DNA from: Hydrolagus colliei
Taxonomy: Eukaryota
Assembly (NCBI GenBank): GCA_035084275.1
Contig: CM068753.1
Coordinates: forward strand, 13,826,001 to 13,890,000
Reading direction: 5' to 3'
Length of the DNA stretch: 64,000 nt
This document shows positions 1 through 12,178 of this stretch, in pieces (the stretch's first letter is position 1; each line of letters starts with the position of its first letter). Made by a program: the position numbers and the translations under genes. The notes beneath the pieces are model-generated. The model saw only the letters and a list, made by a program, of their open reading frames with translations. It was not told the DNA's origin and did not search any database.

Positions 1-125
1 CTTAAAGAGTTTCAGCATATGTCATACAATATTACTAAATATTTCTGGGATTTGTATTCTATTGACAAATGTAAAAGGAAAGCCAAGTGGCTGGAATGAT
101 ACTGTCCATAGACAGATTGTTTCAC

Positions 126-299
126 AGAATCATAGAATTTTACAGCACAAAAGGAGGCCATTTGGCCCATTGTGTCTGTGCCGGTTCTTTGAAAAGAGCT
201 GTTCAAACTCCCTGCTCTCTCCTCATAACCCCATAAACCTGTCCTCCCCAAATAACCATCTCTCTTCTAAAAGTTGTTATCGAATCGGCCTCCACCACA
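126..299 (-). mobile_element. CR1 LINE 3' end fragment
   Basis: Reverse complement reads ...GATGGGCCAAATGGCCTCCTTTTGTGCTGTAAAATTCTATGATTCT, the same terminus as the longer CR1 copies at 31.7 kb and 15.3 kb. Confidence 0.8.
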
Positions 300-1756
300 T
301 TCATTCTTCATTGTGTGCAGCAAGAGTAGCAACATGATTTTCTAGTGGTGTGAAAGTTGGAAATAAATTTGCTATTCATGGCACAATTTGTAGCATTGGA
401 CTTCTATGTTTAGAACATTAGCCGACAGAAGTTGAAATAAATTTGTATATTGAGAAGGGAATTGCTAGATTGATTTAAACATTTTCTATAATTAGCCGTG
501 GACAGCAGATGGAAAAGAAATCTTCCAAAACCAGGAGTATTCTTGTATTAGCATGAGTATGTTATGCAGTTTTACAAGAAGATTGAAATGCATATAGTAA
601 TTGGCACTTGTTTAATTATGGAGCAATATGCTCAATCTATTAAACTTCATGTTAGGATCTTTCAAACTTCATGTTAGAATCATTGTAACATTGCAATTGC
701 ATTTCTCAATGCTACAGGGAAGGATCTCGCTTGTTACTGTATGGTAGTTTTGTTCAAAATGCATGGATAATATTACAAAACGTTCTTCCAATTATGAAAC
801 TTCTGAAAAATCTGAGTTTGAAATTTGTGTGAGTTGAAAAAATGAAATGATTGGTGAATCGTTGTCTTTGAAGAAAAAACACGAGCAGATTCATTGGATC
901 AAGTTGCATGTTCGCTTGACTGATTGCTAACTGAATCTGATCAGTGATTCGGATGATGTAATAATGAGAGGAAAAATCTTCATAATGAGAAGGAAAAGGA
1001 ATTGAAAAGTATGTGTATGTATGTGTATATATATAATTATAAGAGATATATATTTTGTATTCTCTAACGTGATTATTCGAGAGAGGACAGGTAAATGCTT
1101 TTAATTATGGATTTTGGTAGAAGTAAGAAAAATGTCCAAATGAAAAGCATCCAATTCCTGGTTGAAAAGCAAGGACTGTGTCTAGTTTAAAAGATACTCT
1201 GTAGAAATTCTGCTGATTTTTGCCCTTTTTTAAAAAAAAGTCCACTTTTGTGACATTGTAACTAAAATTAATGAGTCAAAATAAATAATTCTATAAAAGC
1301 CTAACAGTGGGATATGTGGAGGAAATGCTACTTATTAATACACTATTGGACTCTGGCTAAAATAATAATAGATTCAGGAATTTTGTCCTCAAAGGCATAT
1401 TTTTTAATTTACAAGGGAGAGATTTCATTTCACTTATTTGATGAAGTCTATTAATAACAAATTAAAATTGGAAGGCTGTTAAAATGTTTTTACAGTAAAC
1501 TGCTTTAACATTAACGTTTGTGATGCAGTTTGGTGTTACTAATGATTTAGCAGTTGTGCTACAGGAGGTGTATGTTCTAAACAATTAAAAGAAGAAAGCT
1601 TTGGATTAGTGATTCTTAAAGTAAAACAGTTGGATGTAATGAAAATGGTGCATCAGGGAAAGATGCTTATGTGTTTACTTAATGTTTAATTATAAGATTG
1701 AAATAATAGAAATGGCTCTTGGTGATGGTTTCTTCATAGTATAGATGTATAATTGT

Positions 1757-2101
1757 GGAGTCAGCAACAACAACAACAACTTTGATTTATATAGCGCCCT
1801 CCATGCCGCACGGGGTCTCAGAGCGCTTCAAAGGACTGAGTCCTATAGCTCAGTGGTTAGAGAGAACTGGGTTCAATTCCCGGCAGAGCGAAACCTTGGG
1901 CAAGTTTCCTTACTCCGCACACCTAATAATAATCTATAAAAAAAATTGGACATTTTAATCCACGACTGTTTGTGGAACACTGCTGTGTGCAATTGGTTGC
2001 TGCGTTTTGCCCTCAAATATACAGACAATTCACTTTGCAGTATGTTCTGTGTGGCACTTTGAGTGAAAAGCACTATATCAAATGCAAGGATTATTATTAT
2101 A
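1757..2101 (+). mobile_element. tRNA-derived Deu-domain SINE with L2-type 3' tail; a reverse-oriented LINE/SINE tail fragment is inserted in the head (about 1764-1837)
   Basis: A box TAGCTCAGTGG, B box GGTTCAATTCC, body GAAACCTTGGGCAAGTTTCCTTACTCC, Deu-like CTGCTGTGTGCAATTGGTTGCTGCGTTT, and tail GCACTATATCAAATGCAAGGATTATTATT. Confidence 0.85.
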
Positions 2102-2195
2102 ATGTAATGCAATGTACCTCATTATTACACCTAAGGAAATGCAATAACAGGAATAACAGTACTATAATGACAATAACAGAAATGCAATAACAGAT

Positions 2196-2563
2196 GAAGT
2201 CCTGTAGCTCAGTGGTTAGAGCACTCGCCTTACAACAACAACAACAAAAATTAAACTTGTTTAGCACCTTTCATGTCAGGAGGATGTCCCCACGAGCAGA
2301 AGACCTGGGTTCAATTCCTGGCAGTTCAGGGCGAAACCTTGGGCAAGTTTCCTTACTCCACATGCCTGATAATAATTCCTCAAAAAAATAATAAATTGGT
2401 CATTTCAATCCATGACTGCTAGTGGGACACTACTGTGCGCAATTGACTGCCGCATTTCGCCCACATATATACAGTCAGTTCACTTTACAGTATATTCTGT
2501 GAAGCGCTTTGAGACATCTAGAAGATGTGAAAAACGCTAAATCAAATGCAAGGATTATTATAA
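2196..2563 (+). mobile_element. tRNA/Deu SINE copy with a short L2-tail fragment inserted in the anticodon loop
   Basis: Same family motifs, interrupted at CCTTACAA by (CAA)n...CACCTTTCATGTCAGGAGGATGTCCC. Confidence 0.88.
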
Positions 2564-5169
2564 TAGCACATGTCTTCGCATTACGATGGGAACTCGAGTG
2601 ACATAAAAATCTGAAGTGTTATTTTAAACTAGGTTTTCATTTTTATCATACAGGGAATTTTGATGTTGAAATATTTATTGCAGTAGAGAGAATTAATGAC
2701 ATTGTTGAGAGATTGGATGCACATATGCTTTTGTTGGTAATTCCTTCCTTTCCATTCCCATGTAGATTCCAAAACCTTAAAATACAGAAGAAATAATTAC
2801 ATAGAATATTTATTTGTGTTTAACAGATTTAACAGCAGCGTTGTTGGCCATTCTGCCCTATATATCTGTGCTTCTCATTGAAAGTACTATCTGCCTACCT
2901 TTTACTTGCCCTTCTCCATACCTCTGCAAATTGCTGTTTTTTACAGATCAAAATATTTCTTTCTTGAAAAAGTTCTGAGATTCTGAAGGTCACTATAAAA
3001 TTACAAGTTGTTGTAATATGGATTCTGCCTCCTGGAGCATTTTAGCACCAGTAGTGCATCCTACATCCTAACAGCTCTCATTAAAAATAAAATTCCTCTT
3101 AATTTCTCCCTTTTATTCCTTTGTGAATTATCTTAAATTGATGCCCTCTAGTCAGCGACTCGCCAATCATTCATTGAAGTTTCATCTTTTACTCGCTCCT
3201 TTTGCTTTAGCTTTGGAGCCCGGACCTGTCTTCCATTTTCCATTCTAATGCTGAATATCGAGATAGAGGTGAGATGGAGATGTTCCTGAGAGCTGAACCT
3301 AATGTAGAATGATAGGTGGATTGGAGGCTCTAATTGAAAAATAAACACCCCCACCCCACAAAGGCAAAACAAATGTTCAGTGTCTAATTTGACATTTCCT
3401 TTGTGAGAAACTAATTTGATTGACTGGACAAATGAGAGGAGGCATTGGCACAGAAACTGTTTTAGGGTTGAAGTGGGTCAGAAAGCATTGTTACAGTTTA
3501 ATAGAAATCCAGGGTTGCCCTGTCCTATAAAGTGATGTTTGCCTTCAGTTATATAGTCGCTACACTGCACAGAAACTCTGAAATATTACAAGACTTCTCG
3601 ATGTTATAGGGGCTATATCAGATGCAAGATGTAGAAGGTAGTGTAATGGGGAATAAAATATAAATTTTTTCTTCAATTATTTAATAAGCAAATGGTAAAA
3701 TTAGATTAGAAATGGAGCTTTAGATACTATTTGGTTCAAATCCAAATTGCAGAAAGGACAAAGTTAATATTAATAGGCATTCTTACAAGTAAGAAATATA
3801 TGAATCCTTTGACTGACATTGGTCCACTGTCCATTATTTATCAGTAAATTAAGGCTCAAAGTCCTTCATGGTTTGAGATTTCCAATTATTAGGTGTTGCT
3901 CACCCACCATAAAATTGGATTTGTATTTGAAAAGCATGAAAGATTATAACCTATAGAACCCTTCGGAATAATCAGCCAAAGTAAACATCATCATTGTGTT
4001 CTACAGTTGATACAAAATACTTTGGGTTAGCAAGGTCACACATTTAGAATCCCTGAAATAACACTTGCTATGTTCTACCAATTTTCTTTCAACAACATTG
4101 ATATTTTAGAAGATGCTGGCTGGGCGAGGCTAGGGTAGAAATTCTAATTGAAGCCAGTGTTGTAAGTTGTGATTTCATTTTATTTCATTCTGAAGTAAAA
4201 TGAATATACTATTTTAAGACTTTACTGTTGTGTCAGAGATCAAGATCATTGGTTATTTTTTAGAACCAGTGCAAATACAATTTGCAATTTTGTATTACAC
4301 TGTACATTTTGCCCTATGGAAGGTTAAGAGAATACAAAACTAAACATTACATGCTTATCTCATTGTATTTGTATGGTAGCAATTATTGTAAAAGTTCTGA
4401 GTGCTGTGATGTTGACCTAATTTTTTCAGCATACATTGTAATTGACTGACATTTTATTTACAAATGCAATGTTAACATAACATTTTATTGATTGTACAAA
4501 AAAGAGCAGGGCTCTCCTGAATGAAAATGCTTAGCTGGCAGTTAAAACAATGGGTCTGCGTCCTGAGCCATAAATGAGTGAAAATGTAACTAACAAAGTA
4601 CAGTATACTATTATTAAATTGCTGATGTTGTGGTATTCTGTTTCCTTACTCTGTTGCTCTTCACATCAGAAAAGGAGGAATTGGATACTTGTATGAATTT
4701 TTTAATATGAAAAAAGTACAATCAGTACAATCATAATAGATGCAGTACATATTATGGACATTTTCCTCTATATAGAAATAACTCATGGTAGCTTGACCCT
4801 GGCTTGACATGTCACTACCATTTTGAGCCATGCTATCAATATCTTGTCTGTATTTAAGTACAGTATTTGTGCATTATGCCTAATTCACCATTCTGGATAA
4901 CTCGTCACTGCCCTTTTCCCTTAGTGTCACAGGTTACCAGGAAATCATTATTTAGGTAATCTTTTGGGGAATAAAATGACCCATGTAAGTCTCACCGACT
5001 TTATTTCATTAAAGTTAACTAATAAAATACTAACAAAGAATTGTCTTCTGACTTGCTTTGTACGTTTGTACCAATGTAATGAATTACACTGAAGACCGAA
5101 TGATTTACAAAGACCGAATAGCAGAAAACAGGCCTTTCATACCAATATGTCCATGTCAATTTTCAATAG

Positions 5170-5400
5170 AAACAACAAAATTACACTTTTATAGTGCCTT
5201 TCATGTCAGGAGAACTTCCCAGGGCGCTGGACAGTTACTGCTTCAGATCTGACCTTAGGACAGGGTGGGGGGAGGGAAGGGGGCATTTGGAGTTGCCGAT
5301 GGGACCATTGAAGAGGAGAGTCTTGAGGTGAGACTTGAAGGAGGCCATGGAGGGGGCGAGGCGGAAGGACTGTGGAATGGAGTTCTGAATAGCTCCCACG
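5170..5400 (-). mobile_element. L2 LINE 3' end fragment
   Basis: Minus-strand peptide NSIPQSFRLAPSMASFKSHLKTLLF (L2 ORF2 C-terminus), followed by the 3' UTR stem-loop and (TTG)n tail. Confidence 0.8.
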
Positions 5401-5474
5401 ATCTTCACCATCATCTTCATATCTATATATATATATAGTATATAAAGTTGTTGTTGATAGATTCAACGTTTAGT

Positions 5475-5590
5475 TAATAATAATAATCCTTCCATTTGAT
5501 ATGACGCCTTAACATGTCTTCGAAATGTTTGAAGTGCTTCACAGGATATACATACTGTAAAGCGAATTGACTCTGCATTTGTGGGTGAAA
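5475..5590 (-). mobile_element. tRNA/Deu SINE 3' fragment
   Basis: (ATA)n ATCCTT..ATTTGATA...GCTTCACAG..TATA..ACTGTAAAG.GAATTGACT...GTGGGTGAAAC. Confidence 0.75.
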
Positions 5591-6147
5591 CCCGCTATAG
5601 ATACAGAGCGGTTTTTGAACCTGGAATCATTTCCATAACTCCAGGATTAAAAATAATAATTCAGATTTTCCTGTGTTTTTAAAAAAATTGTTGCATACCT
5701 CAAATTGCTGTCCAGACGTGACTCAAATTTGGTAGGACAAAATCTATTATTGTACTGTTGTTGTTTTTCGCATTTCAAACGGACAATGCAGACAATATTC
5801 ACATGATGACAATTAAGCCTTTACAGAAATGTAAATTGTTTTATAATTGTACAGTAAAAAAAAAGCTCCAAACAGCAAGAGTTTTGATGTTCAAAAGGCT
5901 GTCTAACTACTGGAGTATTTTTGCAAAACAACCCCCCCCCCCCCCATAAAACAAAATGGGTGTTAATTTTTCCTTTTTCTCGAGTTGCACATCATAGTTA
6001 CATAGCTAGTTAGTTCACAATACATGAAGTTCAAGTTCCAGAATGTGATGTGTAATTCTTGAATCTCCTTTGAATTTAGATTTTATGTCTGTGCCAAAAA
6101 CTGTTCCACATTTAAAGTAATAGAACAATTTGACTTATGTCACTCCA

Positions 6148-6337
6148 ACACTCCTCGCTGGTCTCCCCTTCTCCACCATTCACAAAGTTCAGCTCATTCA
6201 AAACTCCGCCGCCCGCATTCTCCCACCATATCAAACTTCATACCCCAATTACCTCAGTCCTTGCCAAACTGCACTAGCTCCCTGTCACAGAGTGGATCGA
6301 CTTCAAGATCCTCATTCTTGTCTTTAAATCCCTCCAC
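6148..6337 (+). mobile_element. L2 ORF2 fragment
   Basis: Peptide LLAGLPFSTIHKVQLIQNSAARIL, followed by frameshifted LPV...IDFKILILVFKSL. Confidence 0.8.
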
Positions 6338-7616
6338 TCCTCGGCATTAGCATTATTGCATTAGCATGATTGTGAAGCCTCAATGTTAATTCTGGACCGT
6401 TGAGTGTTGAACATGAACCCTTATTTTAAAATGATAGTGCAGATGATGGTGCATTTATTATCCAAGTACAAATAATAATGTCTGATGACTGAATTTGAAC
6501 TTTTGTGTCTATAATATCTGAAATGATTTGAATCCACTGAATACTAAATTGACAATGCAATCGAATTGATCTGGTCATTCACAGGTGCTAATCAAAAATT
6601 TGTTACTATTTGTGTCTTGACAGCAGTGGAAGTGCAAACTTTAGTTCAAAGCAGAACAATACTGAACGAAATGAGTCCACATTTACATCTTCAGCAGTCT
6701 GCTGACACAATGGAAGTAATTTGATGCAGTGTTGTACAGGTAGATTGCACACCTGTGACCTCTAGATTTACACAGGAGACTGGGGTTATGAGGTAATGGC
6801 TCAGGGGTGACTTTTTTTCTTTTCCTGATTCTACAGAGTTATAAGGCAGAATTGCTTTTCATCAGTGAATTGGGAGTGAACACACTGAAGGTGGAGGATT
6901 TTTTCCTTCTATTTGGGTCATAAAGTTAATACTGTATCTATAAGATACGAGTACACTTTTGGATGCTGTGATGATTTCAGTTGAATGAAGATTTTTCCTT
7001 ACTGCATAATTTAGCTAAACTACCTCTTGCTCCTACTGGTAGTAAGATTTGTTATAGTGCAATAATTGATTGATGCTTGACAAGATAAGCAAAGGTCTCT
7101 GCAGGATTGCTGCATAAGATCAGCTCTTCATGTATACTTCAGATGATTAATGTGATGACTCGGTATATGCTGGGAGCTATCTTTCATGTCACCCAAAGTG
7201 AGGGAGCACACTGTGTAGTCAGTGAGTGTGGAAGCTGATATTTATGAAAACCCAAAGTGCTTCATGCCTTTATTGTTGCAAGTGTGAATCAAGTACTGCA
7301 CTAAGTAAGTTGGTGATCCAATTAATCTCTTGTACAGAACAGTTTCTGTGGTAAATGTCATCCATTCTCTCATCTGATATCTTGGTGGATAAACTTGGAA
7401 GTGTGCTACCTGATCATTGGGACCTGGAGGTGTGATTTCTGATACGGCACCCAGGGAGTAAAAATCAGGATTTCAGTTGGGTGTCACAACATTTGTACCA
7501 TGTTGTCTTAGTAACAGTTCCTGCAAGAATTATCCTTATTTCTTGCGTCTTTGATTAGTTGAGTCTGGCTGAGGAATTAACTATTATCATACTCAAATGA
7601 TTCTGCATATTAAATA

Positions 7617-8308
7617 CTCGCTGTACCCGTTGCAGCTATGCTTGCAACCAAAAGGATCCGATATGGAATGTAGATTTCAGTGATACCATTCACAAACCAT
7701 TTAAATGCCATAAACACTGTGTGTACACCTTAAACAAAACTGCCATATATGTGCGATGAGCTTGTTTGGGTCATAGGTCATGGAAAATAGAAGATCGTAT
7801 CAAAAGGTCATAGCTCATGAATGACAGAAGATCCTATTAAAGCTATATTAACCAAAGGGGTGATATGGCAGGTCCTTGAGTTATTGCAATGCAACCGTGC
7901 TGTTCTTTGTTCTTCAGTTTCATTTAATTGGCCTTCTTTAATTTGTCTGGCATTTTTATTTGTGCTCGAAAGGCTTGATGTTTACTTAGGCATCTTTATC
8001 TTGTTCCCGCTGCTTGGCTTTGTCTGAGTCTACGGCACACAGGTGCTCTGTGACACACAATGCTACAACTGACACTGGGAGTCAGCGCGACCACTGGGTG
8101 TAACTGCAATGCAAGGCTGCCATACATGTTTAATGAGCTTCTTTAGATCATGACTCATCAACGATAGGAGAACCCCAGAACAAAATATGCTCATGACACT
8201 CCCAAATGCAAGGCCTTTCTGATAAGGTACACATCATGTCTCTACGTCAATTGGTTATTGAGATCTTGGCTGACACACAGACAGACATTGTCGTTTTATT
8301 AGTACAGT
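7617..8308 (-). mobile_element. Probable non-autonomous Helitron-like element
   Basis: Minus-strand 5' end CTGTACTAATAAAACGACAATGTCTGTCTGTGTGTC...GATCTCAATAACCAATTGACGTAGAGACATG resembles the TCTATACTAATAAAA-(GTCT)n start of animal non-autonomous Helitrons. The 3' end has hairpin GTTGCA-AGCATAGC-TGCAAC followed by GGGTACAGCGAG|T (a CTAG variant). Confidence 0.55.
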
Positions 8309-9355
8309 ATAAAGAAAATAGAAAGATATTTACCCGTTTAAGTGCTGAAATCCCATCCTCGTACAACTGAACTTCTGAGATTGAATTGTTTGTTAAATTG
8401 ATATCATTATGGAAATATTAAATGATGAATTGGGATGACTACTAAGAGAAATAAATGCTAAGAGTTCCAAAATAAAAGAATATTACAGAGAATAATTTTC
8501 CATTCTAAATTAAAATCCGGACCTTCAAATGGTTAAATTATTGATCGTTTGTGATTTTCTTGGTTGCCAATGTTCAAAGTCTCCATGCATTACTAAGATT
8601 GTAATGAGTGATCCTGTTGTGTAAAATGATGCAAGAATAAAGAGGTATTTCTAGATAAGTATTTTTGATTTGCTTTTGTTTCCAATTTTGACTTTAGAAT
8701 CTTACATTTTGAAAACTAAATTTATTTTTGTTCTTGGGGTTGATTCTTGCATTTGAATTTTGAAAGTAGAAACATGCTCTGACAAGTCAATCACTGCAAG
8801 GAATAATCCAATGTAGTTTTATACCAGAATATTAGAGTTTGAGCAGATTAAAAGCATGAATTGATCAAGTACAGTATTCTTATGTGAAACCCACTGGGTC
8901 ATTCATCACAGTTAAACCCACAACAAGTTTAGTGTGGATTCCTGCCAAATAATGTACAAGTTAAGATGGCCATTTTAGTTCACTTTATTATTTCATTTCT
9001 CATTAATGAAATCTGAATTATTGTTGAATTGGCAGTTTTTTTCTTCTGTTGACCAGTTTTGTGATATATTCAGTATTGATAAAAATATTGATTGTACATG
9101 TAATAATATATTTTTAATTGTAGACCATATGAAATATTTTTAAAAATGTTTATGCTCTTACAAATCATTTCTAAAGGTTTGTGGATCATAATTAATCTAT
9201 TCAGTTCTACGTTACCTCATACTCTACTTCTAATATTTATTGTTACGTATTATGTATAATGTATTATGTTTTGGGATATCCTGGATTGATAAACTTAGGT
9301 TTCCCATCATCATTGAAACATTTAGATTCAAACAGAAAATTCTAGAAGCTTAATA

Positions 9356-9559
9356 CAGTAAAAGCCCGTTTATCCAGCACCCTCGGGACCTGGCCAATGC
9401 CGGTTATTTGCGCATGATGGATATTTGCCCGAAAACACCTTTTTTTAAAAAAAAGCATTTTTCCAGATAAATTCCGGTGAATCGAATGCAGACTTTTTTG
9501 AGGTGCCGGTTATATGGAAGTTACGATTGATCGGGTGCAGGATAAACAAGCTTTTACTG
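9356..9559. mobile_element. Tigger/pogo-type (Tc1/mariner) MITE, about 204 bp
   Basis: TA|CAGTAAAAGCCCGTTTATCC ... GGATAAACAAGCTTTTACTG|CA terminal inverted repeats. A second copy lies in opposite orientation at 60651-60855. Confidence 0.85.
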
Positions 9560-9563
9560 CAAC

Positions 9564-9720
9564 AATAATAATAATCCTGCATTTGTTATAGCGCCTTATC
9601 ACACAGGAAAGACACCTCAAAACACTTCACTGGATTTACTGTAAAGTGGAGTAACAGTGTATTATTGTAGACAAATGCAGTTGCCCAGTTGCACAATGTC
9701 CCACAAACAGCCATGAATTT
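9564..9720 (-). mobile_element. Diverged tRNA/Deu SINE 3' half
   Basis: AATAATAATCCTGCATTTGTTATAGCGCC...GCACAATGTCCCACAAACAG. Confidence 0.7.
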
Positions 9721-10144
9721 TTGTTTTAGTTTTCTCATCAATGTTAAATGCAGCACAGATGCTGTAATCCCGTAGAGTGTGTAAATTGTAAGATTTATTT
9801 GTCAGGATTCAGTTTCAAAATAATTTGCTGTCAACATTTCTCTGAGAACTAATGTCTTCTTGACGAATTGTTGTTCCTGTCAATTCATGCTTATTGGCAC
9901 TCTTACAACTGTCAAAATGAAAATGACAGAAACCCACTTTGTTTCTCTGCTGTTGTTGACCCAGTCCAGTTTCCCATATCTAACTAGAAGTCCATAAAAA
10001 ATGTAATTTGAAGAGGAATGTTTCATACAACACTGAATTGTGGTGGTTTGTGTCATCTCAAACTACAAAAGAACTTTCCAGCAAATTTGTTTTACATTTT
10101 GTGGGTCTTGCACAGGTCAAGCTAAGATTCTGTTAGGTTAGGTT

Positions 10145-10345
10145 TGTGCTCTCCATTCCACCATTGGCGGCCCTGCTTTCAACCATTACGTCCCCAAACT
10201 CTGGAACATGCTTGCTCCCTCTGCCTTGCCCCTTTCTTCCCCATCTTCAGTTTGCACCTGAAGACACTCCTCTTCGACTGTGCCTGCGGTCACATCCCCC
10301 TTGCTCAGTGTTGTGCTCCGCCACTGTGAGGGGCGCTATATAAAT
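10145..10345 (+). mobile_element. L2 3' end fragment
   Basis: TIGG..F....PKLWN...HLKTLLFDCA-like peptide across frames, then GGCGCTATATAAAT tail. Confidence 0.75.
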
Positions 10346-10354
10346 TTGCATTTA

Positions 10355-11072
10355 CAGTAGAAGCCGTTTATCCATGACTCGATGCACCGGCACTTCCGTA
10401 AAACCGGCACGTCAAAAAAAAAGTCCCCATTCGATAAACCGTAACTTATCCGGAACAATAGCAGTGGAGCATTTGTAAATGCATAAATAATAACATAATA
10501 ACAGAATATTGTATTGGTACTTATTGTAAAAACTACTCTCTTGCGCTTCTCACCTTTGCTGGTAGATGCTGCGCTTGAAGCCATGATGCTGCAGTTGAGG
10601 TTTGTAGTCCAGCGATTCTTTTTAAAATGAAGCACGCCAAGCGGGTGAAAAAAACAGAGCGCGTATGACTTTAAAGCCATACTAGTGGCAAGCCGATAAC
10701 GCTGGCCAATTACCCACATTGTCGCGCAGGTGCAGTATTTTGGTTTGCCGCTAGTAGAGTCTAGAGCTTCGGCTTGCAGTAGTAAAGTCGCGCGACTTTA
10801 AAATCGTGCTGCCATTTTTTTCACCCGCTTGGCTCCATTTAAAAAAGAATCACTGGACTGTAAACCTCAATCAGTAAAGGTGAGAAGCGCAAGAGAGTAG
10901 TTTTAACAATAAGTACCAATATAATATTCTGTTATTATCTGTTATTACTTCATCTGGTGTGTACGGTGTGTGTTAAAGGTGGTTTTCGGCCGCGGGCCGC
11001 CCGAATATCCGGCAGGCGCTTCAACCGGCATTGGCCAGGCCTTGTGGGTACCGTATACACGGGCTTCTAATG
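10355..11072. mobile_element. Tigger/pogo-type non-autonomous DNA transposon (718 bp) with internal inverted duplication of the transposase 5' end
   Basis: TA|CAGTAGAAGCCGTTTATCC ... GTATACACGGGCTTCTAATG|TA, with ends homologous to the 204-bp MITEs. Internal arms about 10495-10696 and 10769-10938 are inverted copies, each encoding KGEKRKRVV(F/L)TIS. Confidence 0.85.
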
Positions 11073-11909
11073 TATATAGCTCTGCTCAGACAGGGAAGCT
11101 ATCCTGAGTGAGGGAACCATATAAATGCAAGTTGTTGTTGTTCCTTTTGTAATACAATGGAATGATTCAGTAATATAGAAATCATTTAGTTAAGACATTC
11201 ACATTTTAGTTATTGATATTAAGCCATTATTATTTGTTTGTTTTAACCAACATTGATACATTTTCCCAAGAAAGACAAATCCAGGAGTTTGTGCAGTGTA
11301 CCACAATTGTATTTCCAATTACCAGTATGTTATATTTCATAACCAGCTTGCAGTTTTGCCATAAAAACATTGCATCTGTACAGAAACAGCGTTGAGTTTA
11401 GAAAATTCTACAGATATGTTTTTCAGCCTTGTACTGGTCTAATTTAGTTGGAGTCTGTGTGATTTAGCCCAATGAAGTTTCTCCCCAGGCTTTATTTCCA
11501 AGGATCCTGAGTAGTCACTTCATGTAGTTGAAAATATTGAATTATCCACCATATATAATGCCCTTTGAAAGATAGATGATTGGTGGTTTATTTACATTTA
11601 ATCTCTACTCTGCTATGTGGCAAATAACTTCCTTTTAATTTCAGAGAATTCAGTCGTCAAATTTTTAATTCGTACTCTAAAATAGTTTAATTTATTTAAA
11701 CTAAACTTTAAAATAAACAAAATTTTAATTATTTAATTTAATAGTTTAATAATTTCTGCATAATTTATATTTTCCCAGTTCCTTTGTGTTGCAGATTCAT
11801 AAACACTGGATTGATGTCATAAACATCAATGGACTATTATATGTTTATGGCTTCTGAGAAGCTGTGTGTCACTCAACAATCTTTAGAAGAAGCTGATTTA
11901 AAGTCAGAA

Positions 11910-12042
11910 ATGTTTGGGGAGGACAAGTTTGCAGGGCTATGGGGAGAGCGGGGGAGTGGGATTGATTTGGGCAGCTCTTTTCAAACAACCGGTACAGATA
12001 TGATGGGCCAAATGGCGGCCTTCTGTGCTGTATAATTCTATG
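11910..12042 (+). mobile_element. CR1 3' end fragment
   Basis: TTTGGGGAGGACAAGTTTGCAGGGCTATGGGGAGAG...GATGGGCCAAATGGCGGCCTTCTGTGCTGTATAATTCTATGA. Confidence 0.8.
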
Positions 12043-12178
12043 AGGTGCCTCAATTTAAATGTGACCCAGATTCTTTTAAATGTAATATAATATTTCATGT
12101 AAAAAAAATCCTGGGGCTGACAGAATTTACAATGGAACATAAGAAATGGTAACAAAGAGCAACAATATTGGAATATTG

